Shown here: positions 5,692 to 14,146 of the stretch, in pieces
Layout: each line of letters begins with the position of its first letter
How positions within the stretch are numbered: position 1 is the first letter of the stretch
Source: a virus
Lineage: Duplodnaviria; Caudoviricetes
IMG/VR virus record: IMGVR_UViG_3300033067_000911
Span: 1 to 28,843 of that record
Reading direction: 5' to 3' (one strand)
Length of the DNA stretch: 28,843 nucleotides
Notes under the pieces: model-generated
Told to the model about the DNA's origin: nothing
Databases searched by the model: none
The model's input: only the letters and a program-made list of their open reading frames with translations
Made by a program: the position numbers and the translations under genes

Positions 5692-6053
5692 CTCACGCTC
5701 CACGCCGCCTCTAGCGGCAGTCTGTTTGCCATGGCCTGCTGAGCGATGCCGCAGGGGGCGGATGCCGGCCTGATGATGACGGTCCTTGACCACGCATCCT
5801 GCCCGCCAGTCTGCTCAGGCAACTCTTTGCCGGTCCACTCCCAAGTCACAACAAGCGCCGGGCCAGTCTCGCGCAGAGTCCTTACTTTCGGGCCGCGCTT
5901 GACGAGCCCGCTGATTACCATCTCGTTTAGTTGCCGGCTAACCTCTGTCGGGTCGCGGCCACCTCCAATGCGTTCGATGATCTCCAAGGTGCGCAAAGGA
6001 CCATCTGCCTTTAGCGCCTCGATCACTGGAATGCGGAAGGCCAGGTTTGTCAT
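5688..6053 (-). CDS. Winged helix-turn-helix protein (121 aa)
   Basis: GPLRTLEIIERI...VSRQLNEMVISGLVKR. Confidence 0.7.
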   Translation of the reverse strand: MTNLAFRIPVIEALKADGPLRTLEIIERIGGGRDPTEVSRQLNEMVISGLVKRGPKVRTLRETGPALVVTWEWTGKELPEQTGGQDAWSRTVIIRPASAPCGIAQQAMANRLPLEAAWSVR

Positions 6054-6283
6054 TTGACGCTTCTCCTGCGCAGCGCTTCGCATGTCTCTAGCTGGTCATG
6101 CAGGCGGATGAGCGGGGCCGCAAGGTCAAGGCACTCTTTGCGGATGGCTTCGATGTCGTTGGCGTGGATGGCGTCTTGCAGCTCGTTCCACTCTTCTAGA
6201 CAAACGCCCAAGGCCTCATGCATGCTGGTGAAGTTTCCGTAGCGTTTATCGGCCTTTGCAATGAGGTCATACAACCTACTCAT
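6050..6283 (-). CDS. MazG-like all-alpha NTP pyrophosphohydrolase (77 aa)
   Basis: EEWNEL ... ECLD acidic motif (EExxE...ExxD). Confidence 0.65.
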   Translation of the reverse strand: MSRLYDLIAKADKRYGNFTSMHEALGVCLEEWNELQDAIHANDIEAIRKECLDLAAPLIRLHDQLETCEALRRRSVK

Positions 6284-6486
6284 ACATGCCCCCATGTTTC
6301 GTATGATCTGATCTTCTCAATGGTCCGGTAGTGCACGCCGAACTTGGTCGCCAGTTGCTTTGCGGTCAGGTGGTCGCTCTGTCTGACCTCTCGCACAGAC
6401 TCTGGCGTCATCCGCGCGTGAGGTAGTTCGTTGCCGCGCTTGGCGTTGGCCTTGGCGGCCCACTGCTGGTAGTCGAACCGGTTCAC
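6280..6486 (-). CDS. Stand-alone HTH resembling the C-terminal domain of phage HNH endonucleases (68 aa)
   Basis: RGNELPHARMT..VREVR...LATKFGV...TIEKI....TWGHV; no HNH catalytic domain. Confidence 0.65.
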   Translation of the reverse strand: MNRFDYQQWAAKANAKRGNELPHARMTPESVREVRQSDHLTAKQLATKFGVHYRTIEKIRSYETWGHV

Positions 6487-7349
6487 GCAAACAACCCCTG
6501 CGTCTGCTGAGTTGCGCCAGCGAGGTTTGCGACGGCCTGCTGGTAATAGCTGGCCTTCAACTCGACGCCGACGAACTTGCGATTCATCTCGATGGCGACG
6601 TACCCCTCGCTACCAATGCCCATGAACGGACTCAGCACGATGTCGTCAGGATTTGTCCACAGCATGATGCCGCGCCGGATGACTTCCAGTTGCAGCGGGC
6701 AGATGTGCCGCTCGTCGTCGTGCTCACGGGCACTTCGGTATTGCAGGGTGTCGGACGGGTTGATGTCCATCCACACCGGGCTCGCGACCTTCTGCCACAA
6801 ATCGACGGGGTACTCTGCTCCATGGGTGACGCGCTCGCACTCGCCTGGCGCCCGCACGGTGATGAGATAGTCAGGGATGCCCATCCGGCACATTGCAGCG
6901 TTCTCGCGAACACTCTTGTGCAGCAGGCCGAGCGCCTTGGTCCGCTGCATCGCCGTCACAGGGTCTTTCCAGATCGTCGCCTTCGCATGGAAGATGAAGC
7001 CGTGACGCTCGAACGCACGCAGGAGATTGCCAGGGAAGTCCTTCAGGCCGATCACGCCGTCACGTTCCTTGCTGCTCGGCATGTCCATGCAGTGGAAGCT
7101 GATATTCCGCCCGGGCTTGATGACGCGCCGCAGTTCGGCGATGAGGTACTCGAAGTGCTCGAAGAACTCCGCATCGTTGCGGACGTTGCCCATGTCGCGC
7201 GGGCTGTTGCTGTAGGTGTAGAGGCTCGCGAACGGCGGGGAGAAGATGCTGTAGCCGATGGAGTGATCCGGCAGGCCTTTGAGCACCTCAACGCAATCCC
7301 CACGGTATGCGGCATAGCGGTCGTTCACAACTTGGTCGATGCAGTTCAT
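6483..7349 (-). CDS. DNA amino-methyltransferase (N4-C/N6-A, beta class)
   Basis: Catalytic SPPF near the N-terminus, SAM-binding SPFMGIGSEG near the C-terminus. Confidence 0.92.
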   Translation of the reverse strand: MNCIDQVVNDRYAAYRGDCVEVLKGLPDHSIGYSIFSPPFASLYTYSNSPRDMGNVRNDAEFFEHFEYLIAELRRVIKPGRNISFHCMDMPSSKERDGVIGLKDFPGNLLRAFERHGFIFHAKATIWKDPVTAMQRTKALGLLHKSVRENAAMCRMGIPDYLITVRAPGECERVTHGAEYPVDLWQKVASPVWMDINPSDTLQYRSAREHDDERHICPLQLEVIRRGIMLWTNPDDIVLSPFMGIGSEGYVAIEMNRKFVGVELKASYYQQAVANLAGATQQTQGLFA

Positions 7350-8728
7350 GCGGCGTCTTTCAGGAATGAAGGAATGGAGACGGCTTTCGTCGCCTCGTAT
7401 GGGTTCGTTTGACGGGTCATGCCGACGACTTCGGCCATCACTGCGTCGTGAGTCTCGGCGCTCAGTGACTCGGCCATCTGGTGCGCCTCGCGCTCCTTGC
7501 GCTTGAGGTTCGCGACGACGGCGCCCTCAGCTTTGCTGGCGAAGATGTGAACGTGAACCGGTCGCTTTTGTCCGAACCGCCAGCAGCGGCGGACGGCCTG
7601 ATAGTAGGCCTCGTAACTGTCAGTCACGCCGACGAAAGCCATTCGCGCCGAGTGCTGCCAATTCAGGCCCCATCCGCAGATCGAAGGCTTGCTGACGAGC
7701 ACGCGGAACTTGCCGGCCGCGAAGGCCCGCAGGCGATCTTCTTTCGTCTCGGTGTCGTCAGCCCCGGCGATCTGGACGGCGCCGTTGATGGCCTTCGTCA
7801 GCGCGTCACCCTCGGCGTTCAGGTCGCACCATACGACCCATGGCTCGTTGGCTTCTGCGTTGACGATGCTGGCGCACTCGGCGACTCGATCCTCTAGCGA
7901 GGCGCGCCTTGCTGCCCTGCGCTCGCTGAGCGTCACTGCCTCCATGGCGAACAGCATGCCATCGGCGCTTGCCTCAGTCTCGACTAGGTGCTCATGCAAC
8001 ATGAGCGGCGGCAGTTCATAGGCCGAATCATCGAACCCAAGATCGGAAGGCTTGCGGATCAGCGCGCCCCACGAACAGACCCAGCGCCAGAAGGCGTGTT
8101 TTGCATGCCCCTTCAATCGCCATACGCTCGTGTCCCCGCCGTCGTGGGTGAAGAACTCGGCCAGCATCTCGGCACGGGTGCAGACGCCCAAAAACTCGGC
8201 ATGCGTTCCCAACTCTGACCAGTCGTTAGGAGCCGGTGTTGCCGTGCATGGCAACTTGAACGGCGTATCCCTGAACGCGTCCGTCATGCGACGGAAGGTC
8301 TTCGCATCGTGGTGCTTGATGATGGACGACTCGTCAGGGGCGATGCCACCGAAGATCGAGCAGTCGAACTTGTGCAGCCGGTCATAGTTCGTCACGTTCA
8401 GGCCCGGCCGAACGTCCTCAGCCTCGCGGCAGATCGTCACCGGGATGCCGACAGACGCGCCCTCCAAGACAGTCTGCGGCGCCACGGCCAGCGGCGCCAG
8501 AATCAGGACAGGCTTGTTTGTGTAGCGCGAAACCTCGGCGCCCCATGCCAGTTCCATGCGCGTCTTGCCGAGCCCGGTATCCGCGAAGATCGCAGCCCGG
8601 CCACGGCGCAGCGCCCACTTGGTCAAGGCGGATTGGTGGCCGAACATTGGCGGAAGCGATGGCTCGCGCGTGATGCCTGTCGCCGGGACGGTGGACAGTT
8701 TGCGAGAAACGAATTCGTCGTAGCTCAA
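7346..8728 (-). CDS. SNF2-like superfamily 2 helicase/ATPase (460 aa)
   Basis: DTGLGKT Walker A, DESS Walker B variant, TAT motif III, QAVRRCWRFGQ motif VI; TTG start with GGAGAGG RBS overlapping the upstream TGA. Confidence 0.9.
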   Translation of the reverse strand: MSYDEFVSRKLSTVPATGITREPSLPPMFGHQSALTKWALRRGRAAIFADTGLGKTRMELAWGAEVSRYTNKPVLILAPLAVAPQTVLEGASVGIPVTICREAEDVRPGLNVTNYDRLHKFDCSIFGGIAPDESSIIKHHDAKTFRRMTDAFRDTPFKLPCTATPAPNDWSELGTHAEFLGVCTRAEMLAEFFTHDGGDTSVWRLKGHAKHAFWRWVCSWGALIRKPSDLGFDDSAYELPPLMLHEHLVETEASADGMLFAMEAVTLSERRAARRASLEDRVAECASIVNAEANEPWVVWCDLNAEGDALTKAINGAVQIAGADDTETKEDRLRAFAAGKFRVLVSKPSICGWGLNWQHSARMAFVGVTDSYEAYYQAVRRCWRFGQKRPVHVHIFASKAEGAVVANLKRKEREAHQMAESLSAETHDAVMAEVVGMTRQTNPYEATKAVSIPSFLKDAA

Positions 8729-9069
8729 TTCTTGTACCTCTCCATGCTCGACAGCGCCGAAGTCAGATCGTGCAGCGCGGCGCGCTTGTTGCCGGCCACC
8801 TTGAGCGCGGCAATGCGTGCAGCCTTCCATGCCACCACGGATTCGGCCGACCCGTTGACGATTGACTTCGGCACCCTCGCGCACAGCTCGTTGATGCGAG
8901 CCACGAGCGCGGCCTTTGCTTCGGCCTCGGGGTCGGCTTTCTTGGGGCGCGGCTTGCGTTCAGGTGCAGGGGTGTCGTCAAACAGGTCTGTCATCCGATC
9001 CTCGTTCAGTTGGAACCCTGCGGCTAGCAGGGCGGGGAGGTTGGAGAGTTGCCAGGCTTCGGGGGTCAT
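8725..9069 (-). CDS. Hypothetical protein following Cro (about 114 aa)
   Basis: ATGA-coupled to the Cro-like gene; an alternative start at MTDLFDD is possible. Confidence 0.7.
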   Translation of the reverse strand: MTPEAWQLSNLPALLAAGFQLNEDRMTDLFDDTPAPERKPRPKKADPEAEAKAALVARINELCARVPKSIVNGSAESVVAWKAARIAALKVAGNKRAALHDLTSALSSMERYKN

Positions 9070-9257
9070 GGCTTGCGGCGCATCACTCGCCTGTGCAACT
9101 TGATGAGCGCATCGCCCACCTCCCACAGAACGCGGCGCTGTCGGCCAGTCGCCAGGTCGTGAACGTGACTCTTTGAGGCAAATCCGCATTTGTCGGCTAT
9201 GTCCTGCAGAGTTACCCGCTTGCCGCGAATGTCGGCGATGATTGTGGACCAGTTCAT
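9066..9257 (-). CDS. Cro-like XRE helix-turn-helix regulator (63 aa)
   Basis: TLQDIADKCGFASKSHVHDLATG HTH; first gene of the replication operon at a divergent promoter region. Confidence 0.85.
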   Translation of the reverse strand: MNWSTIIADIRGKRVTLQDIADKCGFASKSHVHDLATGRQRRVLWEVGDALIKLHRRVMRRKP

Positions 9258-9263
9258 GAGAGC

Positions 9264-9292
9264 ATGCTAGTGCGTTTGAGCGAACGCGTCAA
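9264..9292 (-). promoter_or_regulatory. Promoter for the Cro/replication operon
   Basis: TTGACG-17 nt-TAGCAT on the minus strand; 6 nt separate the -10 box from the ATG. Confidence 0.7.
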
Positions 9293-9317
9293 GTATGTTT
9301 TGCCGAACAGAAAGCGC

Positions 9318-9346
9318 TTGACATCCTCGCCGCGCTGGCCGATAGT
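9318..9346 (+). promoter_or_regulatory. Promoter for the plus-strand early operon
   Basis: TTGACA-17 nt-GATAGT. Confidence 0.75.
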
Positions 9347-9388
9347 ACAGCCATGCCGCAAGCAAGCGGCGCATACAGGAGAGAAACG

Positions 9389-9532
9389 ATGAGCACCGGC
9401 GGAAACAAGAAGTCCAGCAGCCCCAGCGACGTGCGCTATTGGCAGCGGGCGCAGATGAGCAACTTTGCCGAGACCCACAAGGCCAAGCGTGTCGCTCGCC
9501 ACAAGAAGCGCATGGCGAAGAAGGCGAGCTGA
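9389..9532 (+). CDS. 47-aa Lys/Arg-rich peptide
   Basis: AGGAGAG RBS; MSTGGNKKSSSPSDVRYWQRAQMSNFAETHKAKRVARHKKRMAKKAS; not in the ORF track. Confidence 0.7.
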   Translation: MSTGGNKKSSSPSDVRYWQRAQMSNFAETHKAKRVARHKKRMAKKAS

Positions 9533-9534
9533 TC

Positions 9535-9843
9535 ATGCAAGACCCCCCCCAAATGCCGCCCCTGCAGCCCATCTTCAGCGCTGCGCAGCCGACGCCTTAC
9601 GAGCAGATGCTGACGACGCTGGCGCAGGCTGAATCGCTGCTGACGTTGGCCTACGCGCAGTGCACGAGGCTCCAATGCGGCATCCGGCACGAACTCGAAG
9701 ACCAGCTCATCGACGCATCGAACGCCGTTTCCGCCGCGCTGCGGTTCGCCCGCAAGCCTCCCGAGGCCACGGACGACGATCCGAAGTTCGCCCGGGACGA
9801 AGAATGGTACATGGAGCAGGCGCGCGAAAGGGGGATGCTGTGA
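9535..9843 (+). CDS. Hypothetical protein (102 aa)
   Basis: ATG just after the previous stop; GTGA-coupled to the next gene. Confidence 0.7.
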   Translation: MQDPPQMPPLQPIFSAAQPTPYEQMLTTLAQAESLLTLAYAQCTRLQCGIRHELEDQLIDASNAVSAALRFARKPPEATDDDPKFARDEEWYMEQARERGML

Positions 9844-10175
9844 GCAAGCATACCCCCGCGCCATGGCTGCTTGAGCAACAACTCGGCACCGATGGCATCG
9901 ACTGCGGGTGGTCCGCACTTGAGGCATATAGCAAGCCATACCGTGGTGAAATTTGCCACATTACGGACGCCGAGCATATCGACGGCATCACGAAGGCCGA
10001 GCGCGACGCAAACGCCCGCCTGATCGCTGCGGCGCCCGAGCTTTTGGGGGCGCTGCGCGGCATGTGCAGCATGTGGCGCACAGTGTGCAACTCGAAAGGC
10101 TGGGAGCCAGGGCATGTGACGCAGTTCGTCGCTGCTGTTGAGGCTCTGTCAAAAGCAACCGGAGAGCAGCCATGA
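9840..10175 (+). CDS. Common phage early-region hypothetical (HTPxPW...ANARLIAAAPELL family)
   Basis: Both signature motifs are present. Confidence 0.8.
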   Translation: MSKHTPAPWLLEQQLGTDGIDCGWSALEAYSKPYRGEICHITDAEHIDGITKAERDANARLIAAAPELLGALRGMCSMWRTVCNSKGWEPGHVTQFVAAVEALSKATGEQP

Positions 10176-10366
10176 TCGGCCCCGCCTTCATGACCCGCGA
10201 GACATCCGCCGCACTGCTGGCCCAGTCTCGCGCGTTCACCGAGCCGCGCCGTGCTGCGCGCGCAATTCTCGCCATGCTGTATGACGAGTTCAGGCGCATC
10301 GGGTTCGATGCAAAGGCTGCGCGCGAACTGGCGCAGATTCAATCAACCATCGGAGAGAAGACATGA
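10172..10366 (+). CDS. Hypothetical protein (64 aa)
   Basis: GGAGAG RBS; ATGA overlaps at both ends. Confidence 0.7.
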   Translation: MIGPAFMTRETSAALLAQSRAFTEPRRAARAILAMLYDEFRRIGFDAKAARELAQIQSTIGEKT

Positions 10367-11169
10367 CACGAGACTGGCTCCTAGGCTTCCCGCCCGTGCT
10401 ACTTGCGCAGGATGCGTGCTACGACGAGTTGTCGTTCCCGCTTGGCATCCCGGAGCGGGTTTACGCTGACCATGAGTCGCGCGCCAGCTACAAGCGCACT
10501 CGCGACCTGCTCGCCTTCGAAATGCGCGTTGCGCGCCCGGAAATCACCGAGGCCGACTGCAGGCAGGTGGAACTGCAGCGGGTCACGTACGTCGGCGGCA
10601 CGAGCCAAACCGGATCGATTTTCGTCAGCACAGGCCCAAACGAATGGGTGATGTTCGACGGGGTGAAGCCGAGCGCATACGACGAAGGCACGTTCACCGT
10701 TGCATCGGCGCCTGTCGGCGCGGAGTTCGCGCCGGCTGGGCAGTCTGCTTACACGGCCGATACCGGCGCTTCATTGGCTGGGACTGTCGCCACTGATCCG
10801 CAGCCCGGAGCGTCGCCAATCTCCCCGCCCGGCGTCTGGCGCAAGACCGCGGAGCACAAGCCGCCGAAGGTGGGCGAGTACAAGACCCGCATGGGCGAAG
10901 ACGACAAGCCAATCAATGGGTGGTCGTGGGACGGCGAGAGATGGTTCCGTGGCGACTTCTCCTCAAGCGCGACTGGCAAGTGGCAATGGCTCGACACCTC
11001 CGGAGAGTTCAAGGTCGGGGATCGGGTGCGGGTGAAGGATGGCGTCGAGTCGATCTACTGCAAGCCGGGGATGGTTGGCACAGTCAAGATCGTAGGGCGG
11101 TCAGTATGGTTTCGTGCCGATGGCGAAGAAACCGACTTCTGCGCTACCGACTGGCTGGAGCACGCATGA
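10363..11169 (+). CDS. Mosaic hypothetical protein with C-terminal KOW/SH3-like module (268 aa)
   Basis: GGAGAG RBS; FKVGDRVRV...PGMVGTV motif. Confidence 0.75.
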   Translation: MTRDWLLGFPPVLLAQDACYDELSFPLGIPERVYADHESRASYKRTRDLLAFEMRVARPEITEADCRQVELQRVTYVGGTSQTGSIFVSTGPNEWVMFDGVKPSAYDEGTFTVASAPVGAEFAPAGQSAYTADTGASLAGTVATDPQPGASPISPPGVWRKTAEHKPPKVGEYKTRMGEDDKPINGWSWDGERWFRGDFSSSATGKWQWLDTSGEFKVGDRVRVKDGVESIYCKPGMVGTVKIVGRSVWFRADGEETDFCATDWLEHA

Positions 11170-11261
11170 CCCACGAAGACATCGCCCATGCCCTGATCGG
11201 CTGGGGCTGCACCGTCGGGATCGTTGGGTTTGTGGCTTGCGTTCTACTGGGGGTGGCGTAA
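11166..11261 (+). CDS. 31-aa single-TM peptide
   Basis: GGAG RBS, ATGA overlap, hydrophobic C-terminal stretch. Confidence 0.55.
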   Translation: MTHEDIAHALIGWGCTVGIVGFVACVLLGVA

Positions 11262-11455
11262 TGAATTCCCGCGAACTGCAGCACGCGCTGCGCGAAGTCT
11301 ACGACCCGCAGGAGCCCATCGAAACCGAGCCCGCAGAGTTGGGCGAGGCCAAGCACGAGACGGAGGCGGGCGGGTTGTTCGCTGTCGCGCTGTTCGCGCT
11401 CGCCGTTGTGGGCGCACCGTTGTTGGTGTGGCTGATTCACACGGTGGCGAGATGA
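11261..11455 (+). CDS. Small protein with C-terminal TM helix (64 aa)
   Basis: TAATG overlap; GLFAVALFALAVVGAPLLVWLI. Confidence 0.65.
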   Translation: MNSRELQHALREVYDPQEPIETEPAELGEAKHETEAGGLFAVALFALAVVGAPLLVWLIHTVAR

Positions 11456-11835
11456 GGCGCACCGAGCCAACGCGCACGCTAGCCCAAGGCGCGCCCTACG
11501 GATTGGCCTATTCTCAAGCCGAAGCCATGAACATTGCGCAGTCTCTGTTTCAAAGCCAGTGGCTTTCTGCGTCTACTTTTGGCATGCAAGCCGAGCAGAT
11601 GAGCGCATTGCACGATTACTACATCGGTCAACAAGACGCGATGCGAAATGCGCTCGCGCCGCCCGGCCCACGCAAGACCATGCCAACTCGCACGCTCCTG
11701 CAAGGCGCGTCCTACGTCCCAAGCTGGGCCATGCACTGGCGCTCAACGCTGGTCCCGTACCTGGCAGGCCATCGCGGGCTTGTGGGCGGCTGGCGGGATC
11801 AGATCACGAGGAATGTGAAGGAGGCGGACAAGTGA
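11452..11835 (+). CDS. Hypothetical protein with internal PTRTLxQGAxY repeat (127 aa)
   Basis: ATGA overlap; motif occurs twice. Confidence 0.6.
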   Translation: MRRTEPTRTLAQGAPYGLAYSQAEAMNIAQSLFQSQWLSASTFGMQAEQMSALHDYYIGQQDAMRNALAPPGPRKTMPTRTLLQGASYVPSWAMHWRSTLVPYLAGHRGLVGGWRDQITRNVKEADK

Positions 11836-11930
11836 AACGCACGCGCCTATGCCCAGTTGGGAAGCCGCTGCTGTGGCGCCTGGCCGATTGGGCGTGGCGC
11901 GTGGTGTTCTTTTTCAGGGGGCCGCGATGA
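11832..11930 (+). CDS. 32-aa hypothetical peptide
   Basis: AAGGAGG RBS; GTGA and ATGA overlaps at both ends. Confidence 0.5.
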   Translation: MKRTRLCPVGKPLLWRLADWAWRVVFFFRGPR

Positions 11931-12133
11931 TCAAACTAACGCCACGCCAGAAGGAGGTGTTCTCCTTCATCAGAAAGCACATCGGCAACGCTGGCCGGCC
12001 GCCGACGCGACGGGAGATTGCCGATCACTTCGGCTGGTCCTCCGCGAACGCTGCCGAGGATCACCTACGAGCGCTGAGCCGCAAAGGCGCGATCACGATT
12101 GATGCGGGAAAGTCTAGGGGGATTGTGCTGTGA
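11927..12133 (+). CDS. LexA DNA-binding-domain-only protein (68 aa)
   Basis: LTPRQKEV...[29 protein letters not shown]....GKSRGIVL follows the LexA N-terminal domain; no linker or peptidase domain. Confidence 0.88.
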   Translation: MIKLTPRQKEVFSFIRKHIGNAGRPPTRREIADHFGWSSANAAEDHLRALSRKGAITIDAGKSRGIVL

Positions 12134-12243
12134 GCATGCTGCGTGACTTCATCAGCACATACCGCCAGTACCGCAAGGCACACGGCGTCATCTACAGCGC
12201 CCGTATCGCGTACGGGTGTGCCATCAAAGGATGCCCATTTTGA
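12130..12243 (+). CDS. 37-aa hypothetical peptide
   Basis: GTGA overlap upstream and TTGA overlap with the ERF start; exactly fills the gap. Confidence 0.55.
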   Translation: MSMLRDFISTYRQYRKAHGVIYSARIAYGCAIKGCPF

Positions 12244-12893
12244 AGAACATCGCAACCGCGCTGGTGAAGGCGCAACGGGAGTTCGGGCCTGCGCTCAAGA
12301 GCAGCACGAATCCGCACTTCAAGAGCAAGTATGCCGATCTGGCCGCCTGCGTCGAGGCGGTCATTGATGGCCTCAACAACAACGGCATCGCGCTCATCCA
12401 GCCGATGCACGAGAGCGACAACGGGGTGACCGTCGAGACGCTGTTTGTGCACGAGTCCGGCGAGATGCTGTCGGCCGGGAAGCTCCACGTCCCGGCAGCG
12501 AAGCAAGACCCGCAGGGGTACGGCTCTGCGCTGACCTACGCGCGCCGGTACAGCCTCATGGCGGCTTGCGGGATCGCCCCGGAGGATGACGACGGGAACG
12601 CGGCGAAGAAGCCTTCAAAACCGGCGCTTGAGAAGGCCTTCGCTGCGCCGCACAAGCCTACCGATGGCGCCATGGAGGCGCTACCGGCCGACGAACGCCA
12701 GTACATCAAAGAACTCGCCGATGATGTCTGCGCGATCGCCGGAGACAAGTCGCGAGGCATCGCTACCGCCTTCGACAGGATCGAGGTCGAGGGGCTGGAC
12801 AATGACCAGATGGTCGCCCTGTGGTCGCTGCTGCCGAGCAACGTCCGCAGCGGGCTCAAGGCAGAGAAGGGGCTGCGCATCGGGGCTGTGTAA
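12240..12893 (+). CDS. erf: ERF-family single-strand annealing protein
   Basis: NPHFKSKYADL, HESGE and QGYGSALTYARRYSLMAACGIAPEDDDGN motifs. Confidence 0.93.
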   Translation: MKNIATALVKAQREFGPALKSSTNPHFKSKYADLAACVEAVIDGLNNNGIALIQPMHESDNGVTVETLFVHESGEMLSAGKLHVPAAKQDPQGYGSALTYARRYSLMAACGIAPEDDDGNAAKKPSKPALEKAFAAPHKPTDGAMEALPADERQYIKELADDVCAIAGDKSRGIATAFDRIEVEGLDNDQMVALWSLLPSNVRSGLKAEKGLRIGAV

Positions 12894-13162
12894 TGTGGTC
12901 GAAGAATAAGCCGCGCCAGACTGCCCTAGAGGCCGCGCACGTCTCCAAGGTGGTCAGCGTGGACTGCGTTGTATGCGATGCGCCAGCGCCGAGCGAGGCT
13001 CACGAGCCGGAACAGGGGCTGTGGTTCGCGAGCGTGGCGTTGTGTACCGAGTGCCATAGAGGCAACGGTGGTTGGCATGACACGCGGCTTAGGTGGAAGT
13101 TGCGCAAGATGACAGAGCTGAAGGCGATCAACGAGACGCTGCGCCGCGTCGCGATGCTGTGA
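12893..13162 (+). CDS. Ref/DUF968-like zinc-binding HNH-type nuclease (89 aa)
   Basis: CVVC...EAH...ALCTECHRG...H. Confidence 0.7.
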   Translation: MWSKNKPRQTALEAAHVSKVVSVDCVVCDAPAPSEAHEPEQGLWFASVALCTECHRGNGGWHDTRLRWKLRKMTELKAINETLRRVAML

Positions 13163-13626
13163 ACTGCTTCTTCACCAAGACCCTATCCGGCACGCTAGCC
13201 CCGGCCGACTCAGAGACTGCGGCCTACGTGGCGCGGCTGAAGTTCGGGCAGGGCCTGCGAGCCGAGGTGAAGCGAGCGCGGAACATCCTCTTTCATCGCC
13301 GGATGTTCGCGCTGCTGAACTTCGCCTTTGACTTGTGGGACTGCCCTGAACTAGAGTATCAAGGCCAGCCCGTTGCGAAGAACTTCGACCGATTCCGCAA
13401 GGACATCACGATACTCGCGGGATTCTTCGATGCCGTGACGAACCTGCGCGGCGAGGTGAGGCTAGAGGCAAAGAGCCTCGCCTTTCACAACATGGGCGAG
13501 GAAGAATTCGAGCGCGTCTATAAGGCAGTTCTAGGCGTGGTCTGGGATCGCATCCTACGGTCGAAGGGCTATGAGAGCCCGGAGAAGGTTGACGCAATAG
13601 TGCAGGAACTGCTTAGGTTTGAGTGA
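13159..13626 (+). CDS. DUF1367-family protein (155 aa)
   Basis: RNILFHRRMFALLNFAF...FDRFRKDITILAGF...AKSLAFHNM.EEEFERVY pattern. Confidence 0.8.
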   Translation: MNCFFTKTLSGTLAPADSETAAYVARLKFGQGLRAEVKRARNILFHRRMFALLNFAFDLWDCPELEYQGQPVAKNFDRFRKDITILAGFFDAVTNLRGEVRLEAKSLAFHNMGEEEFERVYKAVLGVVWDRILRSKGYESPEKVDAIVQELLRFE

Positions 13627-13627
13627 C

Positions 13628-13786
13628 CTATGCTGACGCAGCCCGCTCCGGTGGCGCTGGAGGCTCCTGCTGAGGCGTCACCGTCTGCAGCGCGCAAGTA
13701 GCGCCCCACGGGCAATAGAGCATGGTGCCGAGGCGGGAAGTAGCGCAGCCGGTGAGCAGCAGGGCGGCGAGGATGGCGAGTTTCAA
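13628..13786 (-). CDS. Small lipoprotein (52 aa), possible o-spanin or exclusion protein
   Basis: TTG start with AGGAGA RBS; MKLAILAALLLTGC lipobox; two more Cys and a Pro-rich tail; not in the ORF track. Confidence 0.7.
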   Translation of the reverse strand: MKLAILAALLLTGCATSRLGTMLYCPWGATCALQTVTPQQEPPAPPERAASA

Positions 13787-13866
13787 TGTGGTCTCCTAAG
13801 GATCAACCTGACGAGAACGCGCAGCAGCGCCCATAGTGCGAGGATGATGCGCAGATATCCGCTCAC
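13783..13866 (-). CDS. 27-aa hydrophobic/basic peptide
   Basis: GTGA and TTGA overlaps at both ends; MSGYLRIILALWALLRVLVRLILRRPH. Confidence 0.5.
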   Translation of the reverse strand: MSGYLRIILALWALLRVLVRLILRRPH

Positions 13867-14138
13867 ATCCCTAGCTCACGCTTCACGCCGTTTGCGAAGC
13901 AGTGGAGCCAGCGCTTTACAGCCTCCACCTCGCGCGATTCCATGTCTTCCTCGCGGTCGTACTTGTGTCTGCGGATGCGGTAGCAGTGGACATCTGCGGC
14001 GCAGTCTATCTCGACGTATTCCAGCCCCGGGACATGCGGAGGCTCTTTGAGCGGCCTGCAAACCCCGTCGCACTCGGCGATACCCTTGCTACCGTTCCAC
14101 CACAATCGAGTGCAGGGCAGGTAGGCAAGGATGCTCAT
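13863..14138 (-). CDS. Hypothetical protein (91 aa)
   Basis: Start re-called at MSILAY with GAGGG RBS. Confidence 0.65.
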   Translation of the reverse strand: MSILAYLPCTRLWWNGSKGIAECDGVCRPLKEPPHVPGLEYVEIDCAADVHCYRIRRHKYDREEDMESREVEAVKRWLHCFANGVKRELGM

Positions 14139-14146
14139 GATTACCC

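Noticed and set aside
7346-8884. 512-aa helicase start from the ORF track
   Set aside because: It overlaps the upstream gene by 160 bp; the TTG at 8728 has an RBS and a stop/start overlap. The same reasoning was used to trim several other ORFs.
11927-12133. Calling this gene host lexA or a pseudogene
   Set aside because: It is cleanly coupled to its neighbours at both ends and no remnant of the peptidase domain follows.
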